This document shows positions 8,449 through 16,348 of a stretch of DNA of 64,000 nt, one piece after another. The DNA lies in IMG/VR virus record IMGVR_UViG_3300028833_000109, positions 1-64,000 of that record; one strand, written 5' to 3'. How positions within the stretch are numbered: the stretch's first letter is position 1; each line of letters starts with the position of its first letter. This DNA comes from a virus (taxonomy: Duplodnaviria; Caudoviricetes). Below the pieces are notes generated by a model, which saw only the letters and a program-made list of their open reading frames with translations, was not told the origin of the DNA and searched no databases. The position numbers and the translations under genes were made by a program.

Positions 8449-10254
8449 ATGAAATACGATAAAAGTAATCCGCTGAGAGTTTTTGAGGCCTTTGGTGGCT
8501 ATGGTTCGCAATCGCTTGCCTTGCAACGTCTCAAAAACGACTATCCGCAGTTCGATTTTAAGGTCGTCGGATATTCCGATATTGAACCAGCAGCAATCAA
8601 GGCATACATGGCTTTACACGAAGGAGAGGGTGTTAAAAATTACGGAGACATTTGCGAAATAGACTGGTCGCAAACGCCTGATTTTGACTTGTTCACCTAC
8701 TCATTTCCATGTTTTTGTGCCGACACACTCGTTTTAACAAGTACTGGATATAAGAAGATTCAGGATGTTGAAATTGGGGATGAGGTTATGACTCACCAAA
8801 ACAGGTATCGCGCAGTGACCACAACGATGCAACGCGACTATAGCGGAATCATGGTTCGGTTGCGGGGTATGGGTATGGATGAAATATACTGCACCGCAGA
8901 ACATCCGTTTTACATAAGAAGGCGGTATCGAAAAGGTCACAAACAAGTGCGTTGTTTCACGACTCCAGAATGGGTTAAGGCAAAAGACATCAACAAGAAT
9001 TGCTTCCTTGGATATGCGATAAACACAAAATCCGAACTCCCAAAATGGGGCGGCTCTATTGACAACCGATGGGGTCACGGACGAAATGTCAACCACCTTG
9101 ATTGTCTTTTTAAAAACAGGTGGTTCTGGTATGTCATGGGAAGATATGTAGGCGACGGATGGAAAGTCGCAAGCAAGACAGGTAATCGCATCGTTATCTG
9201 CTGTAGTGAGCGCAATAAATCCTCCTTGGAAAACGCTCTTCAAGAGTGTGGTTTTCATTTTGTGACAAGTGAGGAAAGAACGGTTACGAAAATCCATATC
9301 TGCATGAACGAGTTGTATGACTTTGTTGAGCGATATGGATATACCGCAAAAGGGAAACATATTGATGCTGAAACACTAAACTTGCCAGTTGATTTGCTTG
9401 GTGGTTTTCTTGATGGTTATGTTGATAGCGATGGTTGCAATATAGATAAGTATTACAAAGTAACATCGATCAGCAGAGGATTATGTTACGGCATCGCACA
9501 ATGCGTTGCGAAGGTACACCATCGTCCATTTGCCCTGTATCACACACCAAGAAGACCGAAAACCACCATAGAGGGTCGAGAGGTAAACCAGCACGATTCT
9601 TATGAGGTGGTATGGAAATTGTCAAACGACAAGCAGGACAAGGCTTTTTATGAAGATGGATATATTTGGTACCCACTAAACAAAGAACCAGAACTCATTG
9701 AAGATAATCTTCCAGTATTTAACTTGTCGGTCGATGAGGACGAGAGTTACACAGCAAACGGAGCAATAGCGCATAATTGCCAAGACATCAGCAATGCTGG
9801 TGTCCAGCGAGGTTTTGAGAAAGGTTCAAACACAAGATCATCCTTGCTTTGGGAGTGTGAAAGAGCCATTGAGTACAAGCGCCCGAAATATCTCCTAATG
9901 GAGAATGTCAAGGCTTTAACCCAAAAGAAATTCATGCCCGATTTTAATAAATGGCTGCAACTGTTAGAATCTTACGGCTATGTGAACTCTTGGTCAGTGC
10001 TCAACTCAAAGAATTTCGGAGTTCCGCAGAACAGAGAGAGAGTATTCTGCGTGTCTATCCGTGATGATGGAGATAATCCGAAATATCATTTTCCAAACCC
10101 ATTCCCACTTGAAATCTGCCTTGCTGACATATTAGAGGAAGAGGTTGACGAAAAGTATTTCCTTCGTGATGAAATGCTTGCAAGGTTTTGTGAGAAATCT
10201 CAAGACAATGATCCAGAGCAAAAAGAAATCGACTTTGAGGAGTGGCTCGTGTAG
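8449..10254 (+). CDS. C5-cytosine DNA methyltransferase, N-terminal part (motifs I-VIII), intein-containing
   Basis: FEAFGGYG (I), GDI, SFP|CQD (IV), ENV (VI), QNRER (VIII); motifs IX-X absent. Confidence 0.9.
   Translation: MKYDKSNPLRVFEAFGGYGSQSLALQRLKNDYPQFDFKVVGYSDIEPAAIKAYMALHEGEGVKNYGDICEIDWSQTPDFDLFTYSFPCFCADTLVLTSTGYKKIQDVEIGDEVMTHQNRYRAVTTTMQRDYSGIMVRLRGMGMDEIYCTAEHPFYIRRRYRKGHKQVRCFTTPEWVKAKDINKNCFLGYAINTKSELPKWGGSIDNRWGHGRNVNHLDCLFKNRWFWYVMGRYVGDGWKVASKTGNRIVICCSERNKSSLENALQECGFHFVTSEERTVTKIHICMNELYDFVERYGYTAKGKHIDAETLNLPVDLLGGFLDGYVDSDGCNIDKYYKVTSISRGLCYGIAQCVAKVHHRPFALYHTPRRPKTTIEGREVNQHDSYEVVWKLSNDKQDKAFYEDGYIWYPLNKEPELIEDNLPVFNLSVDEDESYTANGAIAHNCQDISNAGVQRGFEKGSNTRSSLLWECERAIEYKRPKYLLMENVKALTQKKFMPDFNKWLQLLESYGYVNSWSVLNSKNFGVPQNRERVFCVSIRDDGDNPKYHFPNPFPLEICLADILEEEVDEKYFLRDEMLARFCEKSQDNDPEQKEIDFEEWLV
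8710..9777 (+). mobile_element. Intein with LAGLIDADG homing endonuclease in the MTase PC motif
   Basis: CFCADT start, TAEHPF block B, GRYVGDG and GFLDGYVDSDG, AHN end followed by the catalytic Cys; 356 aa. Confidence 0.9.
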
Positions 10255-10379
10255 AGATTGTCGGAAAAGTTTCATCGTCGCAGGATGCGGTAGTCGTTAG
10301 TCGGGGGGGGGTGTCGCCATGCCATACAGCAGGACACGGCAACTGTCCGAAAGTGCTCGTGGTATGCGAAACCGCATAA
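10242..10379 (+). CDS. TRD-like mini-ORF 1 (45 aa, G9 tract 10303-10311, in frame)
   Basis: VARVEIVGKVSSSQDAVVVSRGGVSPCHTAGHGNCPKVLVVCETA; GTG start overlaps the MTase-N stop. Confidence 0.55.
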   Translation: MARVEIVGKVSSSQDAVVVSRGGVSPCHTAGHGNCPKVLVVCETA

Positions 10380-10497
10380 CACCGACAAAGACGGATGCTG
10401 TTACACATTAAACACCAGATACGAATTTGCCGCAATCAGTGACTACACTCATGGCAAGCACTGCAAAACCTGCGTTATGCTGATAAATGAAACATAG
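10364..10497 (+). pseudogene. TRD-like mini-ORF 2 (1-nt frameshift near start)
   Basis: One extra A in ATAAC gives MRNRINTDKDGCCYTLNTRYEFAAISDYTHGKHCKTCVMLINET. Confidence 0.45.
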
Positions 10498-10689
10498 CGA
10501 AGTGACCATTCACATCCCGCAAGCGACAAAACTTGGTTATATAGAATGTCCGGTTTGGGGCGTGTTCGACTGGAATTATCCGACAAGCAAACTGCGAAGG
10601 GGCAGAGTGCAAGACGGGGGGGTACGACACCTGCCTTGACTTGCGCGTCAAACGAGATTTATTACATAACCGCTTATGAAACAAAGTGA
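10487..10689 (+). pseudogene. TRD-like mini-ORF 3 (G7 tract 10616-10622, currently out of frame)
   Basis: QATKLGYIEC...YPTSKLRRGRVQDGG stops at 10639; G8 restores GTTPALTCASNEIYYITAYETK. Confidence 0.6.
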
Positions 10690-10834
10690 GCGACAAATCG
10701 CTCTTCCGACCGCAGGTGACGGCTGTTCTTTCGCCATCACCGCATCTTACGGGGGGGGTCACGGGCCGCAGAACTACCAAAGCGGTGGTCATTATCCAAA
10801 ACAAGGGATTGGAGTGATATATGAAACGAGTTGA
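10676..10834 (+). CDS. TRD-like mini-ORF 4 (52 aa, G8 tract 10751-10758, in frame)
   Basis: MKQSERQIALPTAGDGCSFAITASYGGGHGPQNYQSGGHYPKQGIGVIYETS. Confidence 0.6.
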   Translation: MKQSERQIALPTAGDGCSFAITASYGGGHGPQNYQSGGHYPKQGIGVIYETS

Positions 10835-11015
10835 TGTCCGTGCTGTCGGCAGAGAGCGCACAAGAGCAGAGAAACTGCGAAGACGGAAATTCGGAGACAA
10901 AGGCGCAAAATTCTCCATTGGAAAGCGTGGCGTATTGTTAGGGGGGGTAATCGGATGTATCACAACCATCGCAACAAAAGATAACAGAGTGGCTGAAATT
11001 TATGAAACGGATTAA
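10821..11015 (+). CDS. TRD-like mini-ORF 5 (64 aa, G7 tract 10941-10947, in frame)
   Basis: ORF track; ends IGCITTIATKDNRVAEIYETD. Confidence 0.6.
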   Translation: MKRVDVRAVGRERTRAEKLRRRKFGDKGAKFSIGKRGVLLGGVIGCITTIATKDNRVAEIYETD

Positions 11016-11145
11016 AGTCCTTGCGGATTTCAACGGATATTTACCCCCCGAACGGCAATTTTACATCGGTACGATTACCGAGCAGTTCGGCAACATCGCA
11101 TTAAGGTATGGCTGGAAAATCATAGAGGTTTATGAAAGAGATTAG
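11002..11145 (+). CDS. TRD-like mini-ORF 6 (47 aa, C6 tract 11044-11049, in frame)
   Basis: MKRIKVLADFNGYLPPERQFYIGTITEQFGNIALRYGWKIIEVYERD. Confidence 0.6.
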   Translation: MKRIKVLADFNGYLPPERQFYIGTITEQFGNIALRYGWKIIEVYERD

Positions 11146-11320
11146 ACTAAGATGTACAAATGGAATAAATCTTAGCAAGACATATTCCGCAAGTATAAGA
11201 GGGGGGGGGCGAGGTTTCCCTGATGCTATGGCTCTTGAACCGCACAGCAACGAGGTTACACCGACAATAAAGACAATAACTGGATTTATCGTAATAGTAC
11301 AAATATATGAGCAAGATTAA
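11132..11320 (+). CDS. TRD-like mini-ORF 7 (62 aa, G9 tract 11201-11209, in frame)
   Basis: ORF track; ends VTPTIKTITGFIVIVQIYEQD. Confidence 0.6.
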   Translation: MKEIRLRCTNGINLSKTYSASIRGGGRGFPDAMALEPHSNEVTPTIKTITGFIVIVQIYEQD

Positions 11321-11849
11321 ACGAGATTTCCATACCGAGGTTCGTGTCGTGTATAGGGCATATCGGAAACTATTCGGCATAGAGAGAACTCAGGATGAAT
11401 GCTTGAAATTGTTCAAGATCATCTTCCCCGAACAATACAAGGCAAAGAACAGCGGCAGTCCTACCCGATTAATTCCTGTCGAAAGAATGGAACAAATCAA
11501 ACGGCTTTTCCGTTCGTGGAAGCCAGAAGGTAGGCTTCGTGAAATGTGCGAGCATGTCGTTGGTCAGTTGGCACAGCCGATGGAGAGAAAGAAATTCATC
11601 GAGTTTTGCGATGACATTCTGCCAGTGGCAATGCGCATCAGGAAACTAACACCGAAAGAATGTTTCCGATTGCAGGATGTCGATGATGCGGACATTGCCA
11701 CTATCCAGTCGTGCGGTGTGAGCAATTCGGCTCAATACAAACTTGCCGGGAACAGCATTACCGTTGCGCCGTTGTATTTCATTTTTAAGAATCTTTTCAT
11801 TGAGACCGAGCAGAAACCCGCTCCTGGAACCCAACTAACACTATTCTAA
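11307..11849 (+). CDS. C5 DNA methyltransferase, C-terminal part (motifs IX-X)
   Basis: IRKLTPKECFRLQ (IX) and QYKLAGNSITV (X). Confidence 0.85.
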   Translation: MSKIKRDFHTEVRVVYRAYRKLFGIERTQDECLKLFKIIFPEQYKAKNSGSPTRLIPVERMEQIKRLFRSWKPEGRLREMCEHVVGQLAQPMERKKFIEFCDDILPVAMRIRKLTPKECFRLQDVDDADIATIQSCGVSNSAQYKLAGNSITVAPLYFIFKNLFIETEQKPAPGTQLTLF

Positions 11850-11860
11850 ATTCACATATT

Positions 11861-12178
11861 ATGGCAAACTTATTGGAAGAAACTTTTGATAATCTCACTA
11901 TTGATGAGGTTTACGAAAAAGTGGAGTGGCTTAGAATATCCTTTGATGATTGGGAGAAGCCAATAAAAATCGAACTCCCTCCAGGGTACGAGAAGCATCA
12001 ACTTGATGCAGCCATGAAGTCAATGGACTTTACATACGATGAAGGTTATGGTCATCAGATGGTGACAGGATGTGTCAAGTTTAGGGATGGCTCTTGGTTA
12101 GAAAGGTGTGAATATGACGGCGCTGAATGGTGGGAACACCGCTCCGTGCCGACATGGGATTGCAACGAACAACAATAA
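11861..12178 (+). CDS. Hypothetical phage protein
   Basis: YDEGYG..G...F.DGSWLERCEYDGAEWWE. Confidence 0.7.
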   Translation: MANLLEETFDNLTIDEVYEKVEWLRISFDDWEKPIKIELPPGYEKHQLDAAMKSMDFTYDEGYGHQMVTGCVKFRDGSWLERCEYDGAEWWEHRSVPTWDCNEQQ

Positions 12179-12187
12179 ACTGACATT

Positions 12188-12916
12188 ATGGCAACAAAAG
12201 AAAAAGAGCAAGACAATCTCGCCATCTACGAGAAAGCGAGGGAAGTGCCTAAGACAGCCTTGAAGCAAATCTACGGCGGTAGGCTGAAAGGCATGAGCGA
12301 CATCAATCCGATGTTCCGAATCAAGCGCATTACCGAGATCTTCGGGCCGTGCGGTTTCGGTTGGAAGTACGAAATCGTTGAAAAGCGGTTTGAAACGCAA
12401 GGTCAAGAGGTGAAGTGTTTCATCCAAATCAATCTCTACGTCAAGTGGAACGGCGAATGGTCAGAACCCATTCCTGGTGTCGGTGGCGCGGGCTTCGTTG
12501 ATAGGGAAAAGAATGGATTATTCGTCAATGACGAAGCGGAGAAGATGGCGCTCACGGATGCGCTTGGTGTCGCAATGAAGGCACTTGGTGTCGCAGCCGA
12601 TGTCTATTGGGATAAGGACGGCAAGGCGATTAATACCGACTCCAAGTACGCATACGACACCATTCAGCAGCAACCCGCACAACAGCAACCAAAACCCTCT
12701 CAACCACAGCCCGCAAAGCAGCCGCAGAGTCAGTCCATCTTCAACGACGAGACCGAACTTGTCGCAGAACAGGAGATGCTCGCCTGCAACTCATACGAAG
12801 AACTGACGGCCGTGTGGAGCAAATACAACAAACTCAACCCGCAGTACTGCCGCAAGGACGGCATTCTCGCAAGGGCGTTCATCACGAGGAACAACCAACT
12901 CAAACAGCCTAAGTGA
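12188..12916 (+). CDS. Rad52/Sak-like ssDNA annealing protein
   Basis: EIFGPCGFGW, KMALTDAL..A...GVAADVY, Q/P-rich linker. Confidence 0.75.
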   Translation: MATKEKEQDNLAIYEKAREVPKTALKQIYGGRLKGMSDINPMFRIKRITEIFGPCGFGWKYEIVEKRFETQGQEVKCFIQINLYVKWNGEWSEPIPGVGGAGFVDREKNGLFVNDEAEKMALTDALGVAMKALGVAADVYWDKDGKAINTDSKYAYDTIQQQPAQQQPKPSQPQPAKQPQSQSIFNDETELVAEQEMLACNSYEELTAVWSKYNKLNPQYCRKDGILARAFITRNNQLKQPK

Positions 12917-13953
12917 TGGAGCAAGGAACAATGCTTAACATGAGTGATGTCGTCTTCAACGAAGAAGAGCACTCATACACCCGTGGAGAAGAGCGGTTGA
13001 GCGGCATCACATCGCTCATTCATGATGTCTTGCGCCTTGGTGTCTATCCCGATGCCGATGCAAGGACTGAGCAGATATTCATTCCAAGGGCTGGCTATCA
13101 CGGCTCTTGTGTACACCATGCCATCCAGACCCTTGAAACGCTAGGCATTGAGGAAACGCAGTTCCCTGCCATCGAACACGAGACGCAGGACTTCGGAGTC
13201 GTGACATTCCCTGCACAGGATGTGCAGCAGGAACTCGATGGCTATAAGCAGTTTGTCGAGCAATACGGACTGCACTGCATCGCAAGCGAGTACACCGTTG
13301 ACTACGGACAGTACGCGTCGCAACTCGACAACGTGAGCGAAAACGATGCGAGCGACATCTACATCGTTGACTACAAGACCAACAATGTCGATGCCTATCC
13401 AGGCGGCAAAGAAGGCTTGAAAGCGTACCTGTCGTGGCAGTTATCGTCTTATGCGTTCATGTTTGAGCGTAAGAACCCAGACAAGAAGGTCAAGGGTTTG
13501 ATCGGTTTGTGGCTCAAGGGCGACAAGTGGGAAGCATGGGTTATCGAACGCCAGCCAGACGAAAGGGTCAAGTGTTTGCTTGAGACCACCGCTTTGCCCG
13601 CTGACAATGGCTTCATCTACATCAATCCCGAAATGCAGGTAGAGGAAACGGCAGTGGTTGAAGTCGTCGCTACACCCGATGACCTTGCCATTGAGCAGGA
13701 CTTCATTGGTGCGGTTGTCGAGATACTGAAAGCCGAAGAGAGGGCAAAGACATTGAAAGAGCAGTTGCGGTCGATGATGGAGGAGAACGGTGTGACAAAG
13801 TTTGAGTGCGACCAGTTCACCGCCAGCATCGGCAAGGCGAGCGTGCAGGAGCGTTTCGACTCCAAGGCTTTCAAGGAAGCAGACCCAGAATTGTACAAGC
13901 AGTACGTCAAGAAGTCACAAGTAAAAGGAAAATTCACGGTAAAACTTAAATAA
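12913..13953 (+). CDS. PD-(D/E)XK recombination exonuclease
   Basis: GSCVH, SEY, LD, IVDYKT, WQLSSY; paired with the annealing protein. Confidence 0.75.
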   Translation: MMEQGTMLNMSDVVFNEEEHSYTRGEERLSGITSLIHDVLRLGVYPDADARTEQIFIPRAGYHGSCVHHAIQTLETLGIEETQFPAIEHETQDFGVVTFPAQDVQQELDGYKQFVEQYGLHCIASEYTVDYGQYASQLDNVSENDASDIYIVDYKTNNVDAYPGGKEGLKAYLSWQLSSYAFMFERKNPDKKVKGLIGLWLKGDKWEAWVIERQPDERVKCLLETTALPADNGFIYINPEMQVEETAVVEVVATPDDLAIEQDFIGAVVEILKAEERAKTLKEQLRSMMEENGVTKFECDQFTASIGKASVQERFDSKAFKEADPELYKQYVKKSQVKGKFTVKLK

Positions 13954-13955
13954 TC

Positions 13956-14408
13956 ATGAATAAGATGATGAGTGAAACGCAATTAGACCGATTAGTAAGA
14001 AATGGTTGTTACGAAACCACGAGCCTTGATTGTGTGGGTTATTGCAGGGTTTCAACCAAAAAACAAAATTATGACTTACAAATTGCCGCAATAAAAAAGT
14101 TCTGCGATGAGCATGGATTGAATATCGTGCGATGGTACACGGAAACAATTAGTGGCGCGGCACCCTTTGAAAATCGTACTGCAATACTGGATGCTGCAAA
14201 GTATTGCCAAGAAAACGGGTTTGCACTTGTGGCGTATTCCTATGACCGTGTTTCAAGGAGCAACGATTTTACCTACAAATTTTTTAAGAGTTTTGAGATT
14301 GACACAATTATTGTATCAAACCCACAAATCAAAAAAGAAATCTATACTCTCGCTGATTACTGGAGTGGGCTTTATCTGCGACAAGGAACAAGTCAAGTGA
14401 TGGATTAA
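13956..14408 (+). CDS. Serine recombinase/resolvase (catalytic domain only)
   Basis: GYCRVST..Q, ETISG, DRVSR. Confidence 0.85.
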   Translation: MNKMMSETQLDRLVRNGCYETTSLDCVGYCRVSTKKQNYDLQIAAIKKFCDEHGLNIVRWYTETISGAAPFENRTAILDAAKYCQENGFALVAYSYDRVSRSNDFTYKFFKSFEIDTIIVSNPQIKKEIYTLADYWSGLYLRQGTSQVMD

Positions 14409-14443
14409 CAAACGTACAAATTCACGGTAAAATTAAAATAGAT

Positions 14444-14671
14444 ATGGAGCGATTTGAATTAGACACAAAGATTAAAGGAGTTAATGCCATGCAGTACATG
14501 GCAGACCTTATTGAAAAAAACGAGGCATTGCAGATTGACATCGAGCGCAGCAAGCAAATCAATTCGGTATTGAAGCAGATGAACAATCGCAGCAGATTGT
14601 TGCTTGATGCTGCAAAGTTTGAGTTAAAGGAGAAAGAGTTCGCCATGAAACAAAATGAGGCGGCTCAGTAA
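14444..14671 (+). CDS. Hypothetical coiled-coil protein
   Basis: 75-aa ORF preceding the CRISPR module. Confidence 0.6.
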   Translation: MERFELDTKIKGVNAMQYMADLIEKNEALQIDIERSKQINSVLKQMNNRSRLLLDAAKFELKEKEFAMKQNEAAQ

Positions 14672-14682
14672 AAAAAATGATA

Positions 14683-14772
14683 TTCGGGGCGGTTGTACGT
14701 CCTTAATTCGTGGGAAATTTCCACACGAAAACAACCTTAATTTATTGTTTTTTAATGGTTTATTCGGAATCG
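14683..14772 (+). ncRNA. Putative tracrRNA/scaffold for array 1
   Basis: GGTTGTAC, hairpin 14707-14729, CAACCTT and GTTTTTTAATG complementary to repeat 1. Confidence 0.65.
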
Positions 14773-15113
14773 GTTGTAATTACATTAAAAACCGAAGGTT
14801 GATACAACTGTAATCATCGCGCCGTAGTTTTTAAAGAGTTGTAATTACATTAAAAACCGAAGGTTGATACAACTACTATGGTGACATTACAGTGACAATG
14901 GTCGTTGTAATTACATTAAAAACCGAAGGTTGATACAACCCTGGCCGTTATTCGTGTGTGTGTCGTCAGTTGTAATTACCTTAAAAACCGAAGGTTGATA
15001 CAACGCTGCTTTGTCTCTCTCGGCCTGCTGTTGCGTTGTAATTACATTAAAAACCAAAGGTTGATGCAACAAGGCCATCTTGCTAAAAGTTGTGATTACA
15101 TTAAAAACCGAAG
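14773..15113 (+). CRISPR. CRISPR mini-array 1: 5 full + 1 degenerate 36-nt repeats, 5 spacers
   Basis: GTTGTAATTACATTAAAAACCGAAGGTTGATACAAC at 14773, 14838, 14904, 14969, 15035, partial 15089; spacers 29, 30, 29, 30, 18 nt. Confidence 0.95.
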
Positions 15114-15119
15114 TAACAA

Positions 15120-16253
15120 ATGATTATTACGAGAAAAATCGAGGTCTTTGTATGCGAAGACGATAAAGACCTGCGTAGGGCATACTACGAAAAACTTTAT
15201 GCCAATAGGGATATAGCAGTAAAGGCCGCAAATATGGCAATGAGTCACTTGTTCGCTCTCGACAACACGATGCCATACTTGAGCGACACCGACAAGGAAA
15301 AGATTGAGTTCCTTGGAGTGAAAGGCCAAAAAGCGACAAAACAAAACGCACCTTACGTTGCCGCAAGCGAGGCATTCAAAGGCCAAGCAGACATGGGAAT
15401 GATAAGCTGTGTCTTGCAGAATGCGCAAAAGATGTATCAAGAAGACAAGAAGAAAGGAATGTGGAACAAATCATTGCGATCGTACAAAAGCAATATGCCA
15501 GTGCCATATAAAAGAGAACGATTCCTTAATCTTCGTTTTGATGACTACATCAATGGAAACGGCGAAAAGCGAAACGGATGCTTTTTCACGTTGATAGGCG
15601 TGCCTTTTCAAATGCGATTTGGGAGGGACAGGAGCGGCAATAGGCTGATTGTTGAGCGAGTGGTTAGCGGAGAATACAAGATGTGTACTTCGTCACTGCA
15701 ATTCGATGGAAAGAAAATCTTTTTGCTCCTTTGTGTCGACATCCCGCAAAAAAACATCGAGTTGGATGCGAAAAAGACGCTTTATGCTTTTCTTGGTGTA
15801 ATGAATCCGATTATATGCACATGCGACGTAAAAGCGGCAAAAGAATATGATAGCGGAATGAAATCGTTTGAAATCGGCACAAAGGAAGAGTTCAACTACA
15901 GGAGAAGACAAATCCAAGAAGCCGTAAGGCGATGCCAAATCAACAATACTTACTCAACAGGAGGCAAGGGTCGCAAAAAGAAAACCAAGGCGATAGAACG
16001 CTATCACGACAAGGAGAGGAACTACGTTGACACAAAGTTGCACACTTATAGCAGGATGCTTGTTGATATTGCAATAAAGCACAAGTGTGCCAATATCGTG
16101 TTAATGAATCAGACACATAGAGAAAACTATGCGAAGGAAGATAACAAAAACGGCGAGCCGTTTGTTCTGCGTAATTGGTCTTACTATGGTCTTAAAGAAA
16201 AGATTGAGTACAAGTGCAAGATTGCAGGAATCAAGTTGAAAGAAGAAAAATAA
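15120..16253 (+). CDS. cas12f: Nuclease-dead TnpB/Cas12f-like RNA-guided DNA-binding protein
   Basis: TRKI N-terminus, SLRSYK..MP, GGKGRKKK bridge, LH.YSR.LVD.A, RNWSYY.L..KIEYK...AGI; RuvC-I D is F (YAFLG), RuvC-II E is M (IVLMNQ), Zn finger/RuvC-III missing. Confidence 0.8.
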   Translation: MIITRKIEVFVCEDDKDLRRAYYEKLYANRDIAVKAANMAMSHLFALDNTMPYLSDTDKEKIEFLGVKGQKATKQNAPYVAASEAFKGQADMGMISCVLQNAQKMYQEDKKKGMWNKSLRSYKSNMPVPYKRERFLNLRFDDYINGNGEKRNGCFFTLIGVPFQMRFGRDRSGNRLIVERVVSGEYKMCTSSLQFDGKKIFLLLCVDIPQKNIELDAKKTLYAFLGVMNPIICTCDVKAAKEYDSGMKSFEIGTKEEFNYRRRQIQEAVRRCQINNTYSTGGKGRKKKTKAIERYHDKERNYVDTKLHTYSRMLVDIAIKHKCANIVLMNQTHRENYAKEDNKNGEPFVLRNWSYYGLKEKIEYKCKIAGIKLKEEK

Positions 16254-16260
16254 AAAGAAT

Positions 16261-16348
16261 ATCGGGTTGGTTGTACAGCCTTATGTTGAGATTTTTTACT
16301 CGACAAGTTACCTTAATATATTAACAATAAGGAGATTTGTGCGCTTAG
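16261..16348 (+). ncRNA. Putative tracrRNA/scaffold for array 2
   Basis: GGTTGTAC, hairpin 16284-16305, GTTACCT and AACAATAAGGAGATTT complementary to repeat 2. Confidence 0.65.

Noticed and set aside
12913-13953. Cas4 call for the nuclease near the arrays
   Set aside because: Lacks the Cas4 C-terminal CxxC-x5-C Fe-S motif and sits in a standard annealing protein-exonuclease-SSB module
15120-16253. Active IS200/605/607 TnpB transposon
   Set aside because: Catalytic residues and C-terminus are lost, and the flanks are CRISPR arrays rather than recognisable IS ends
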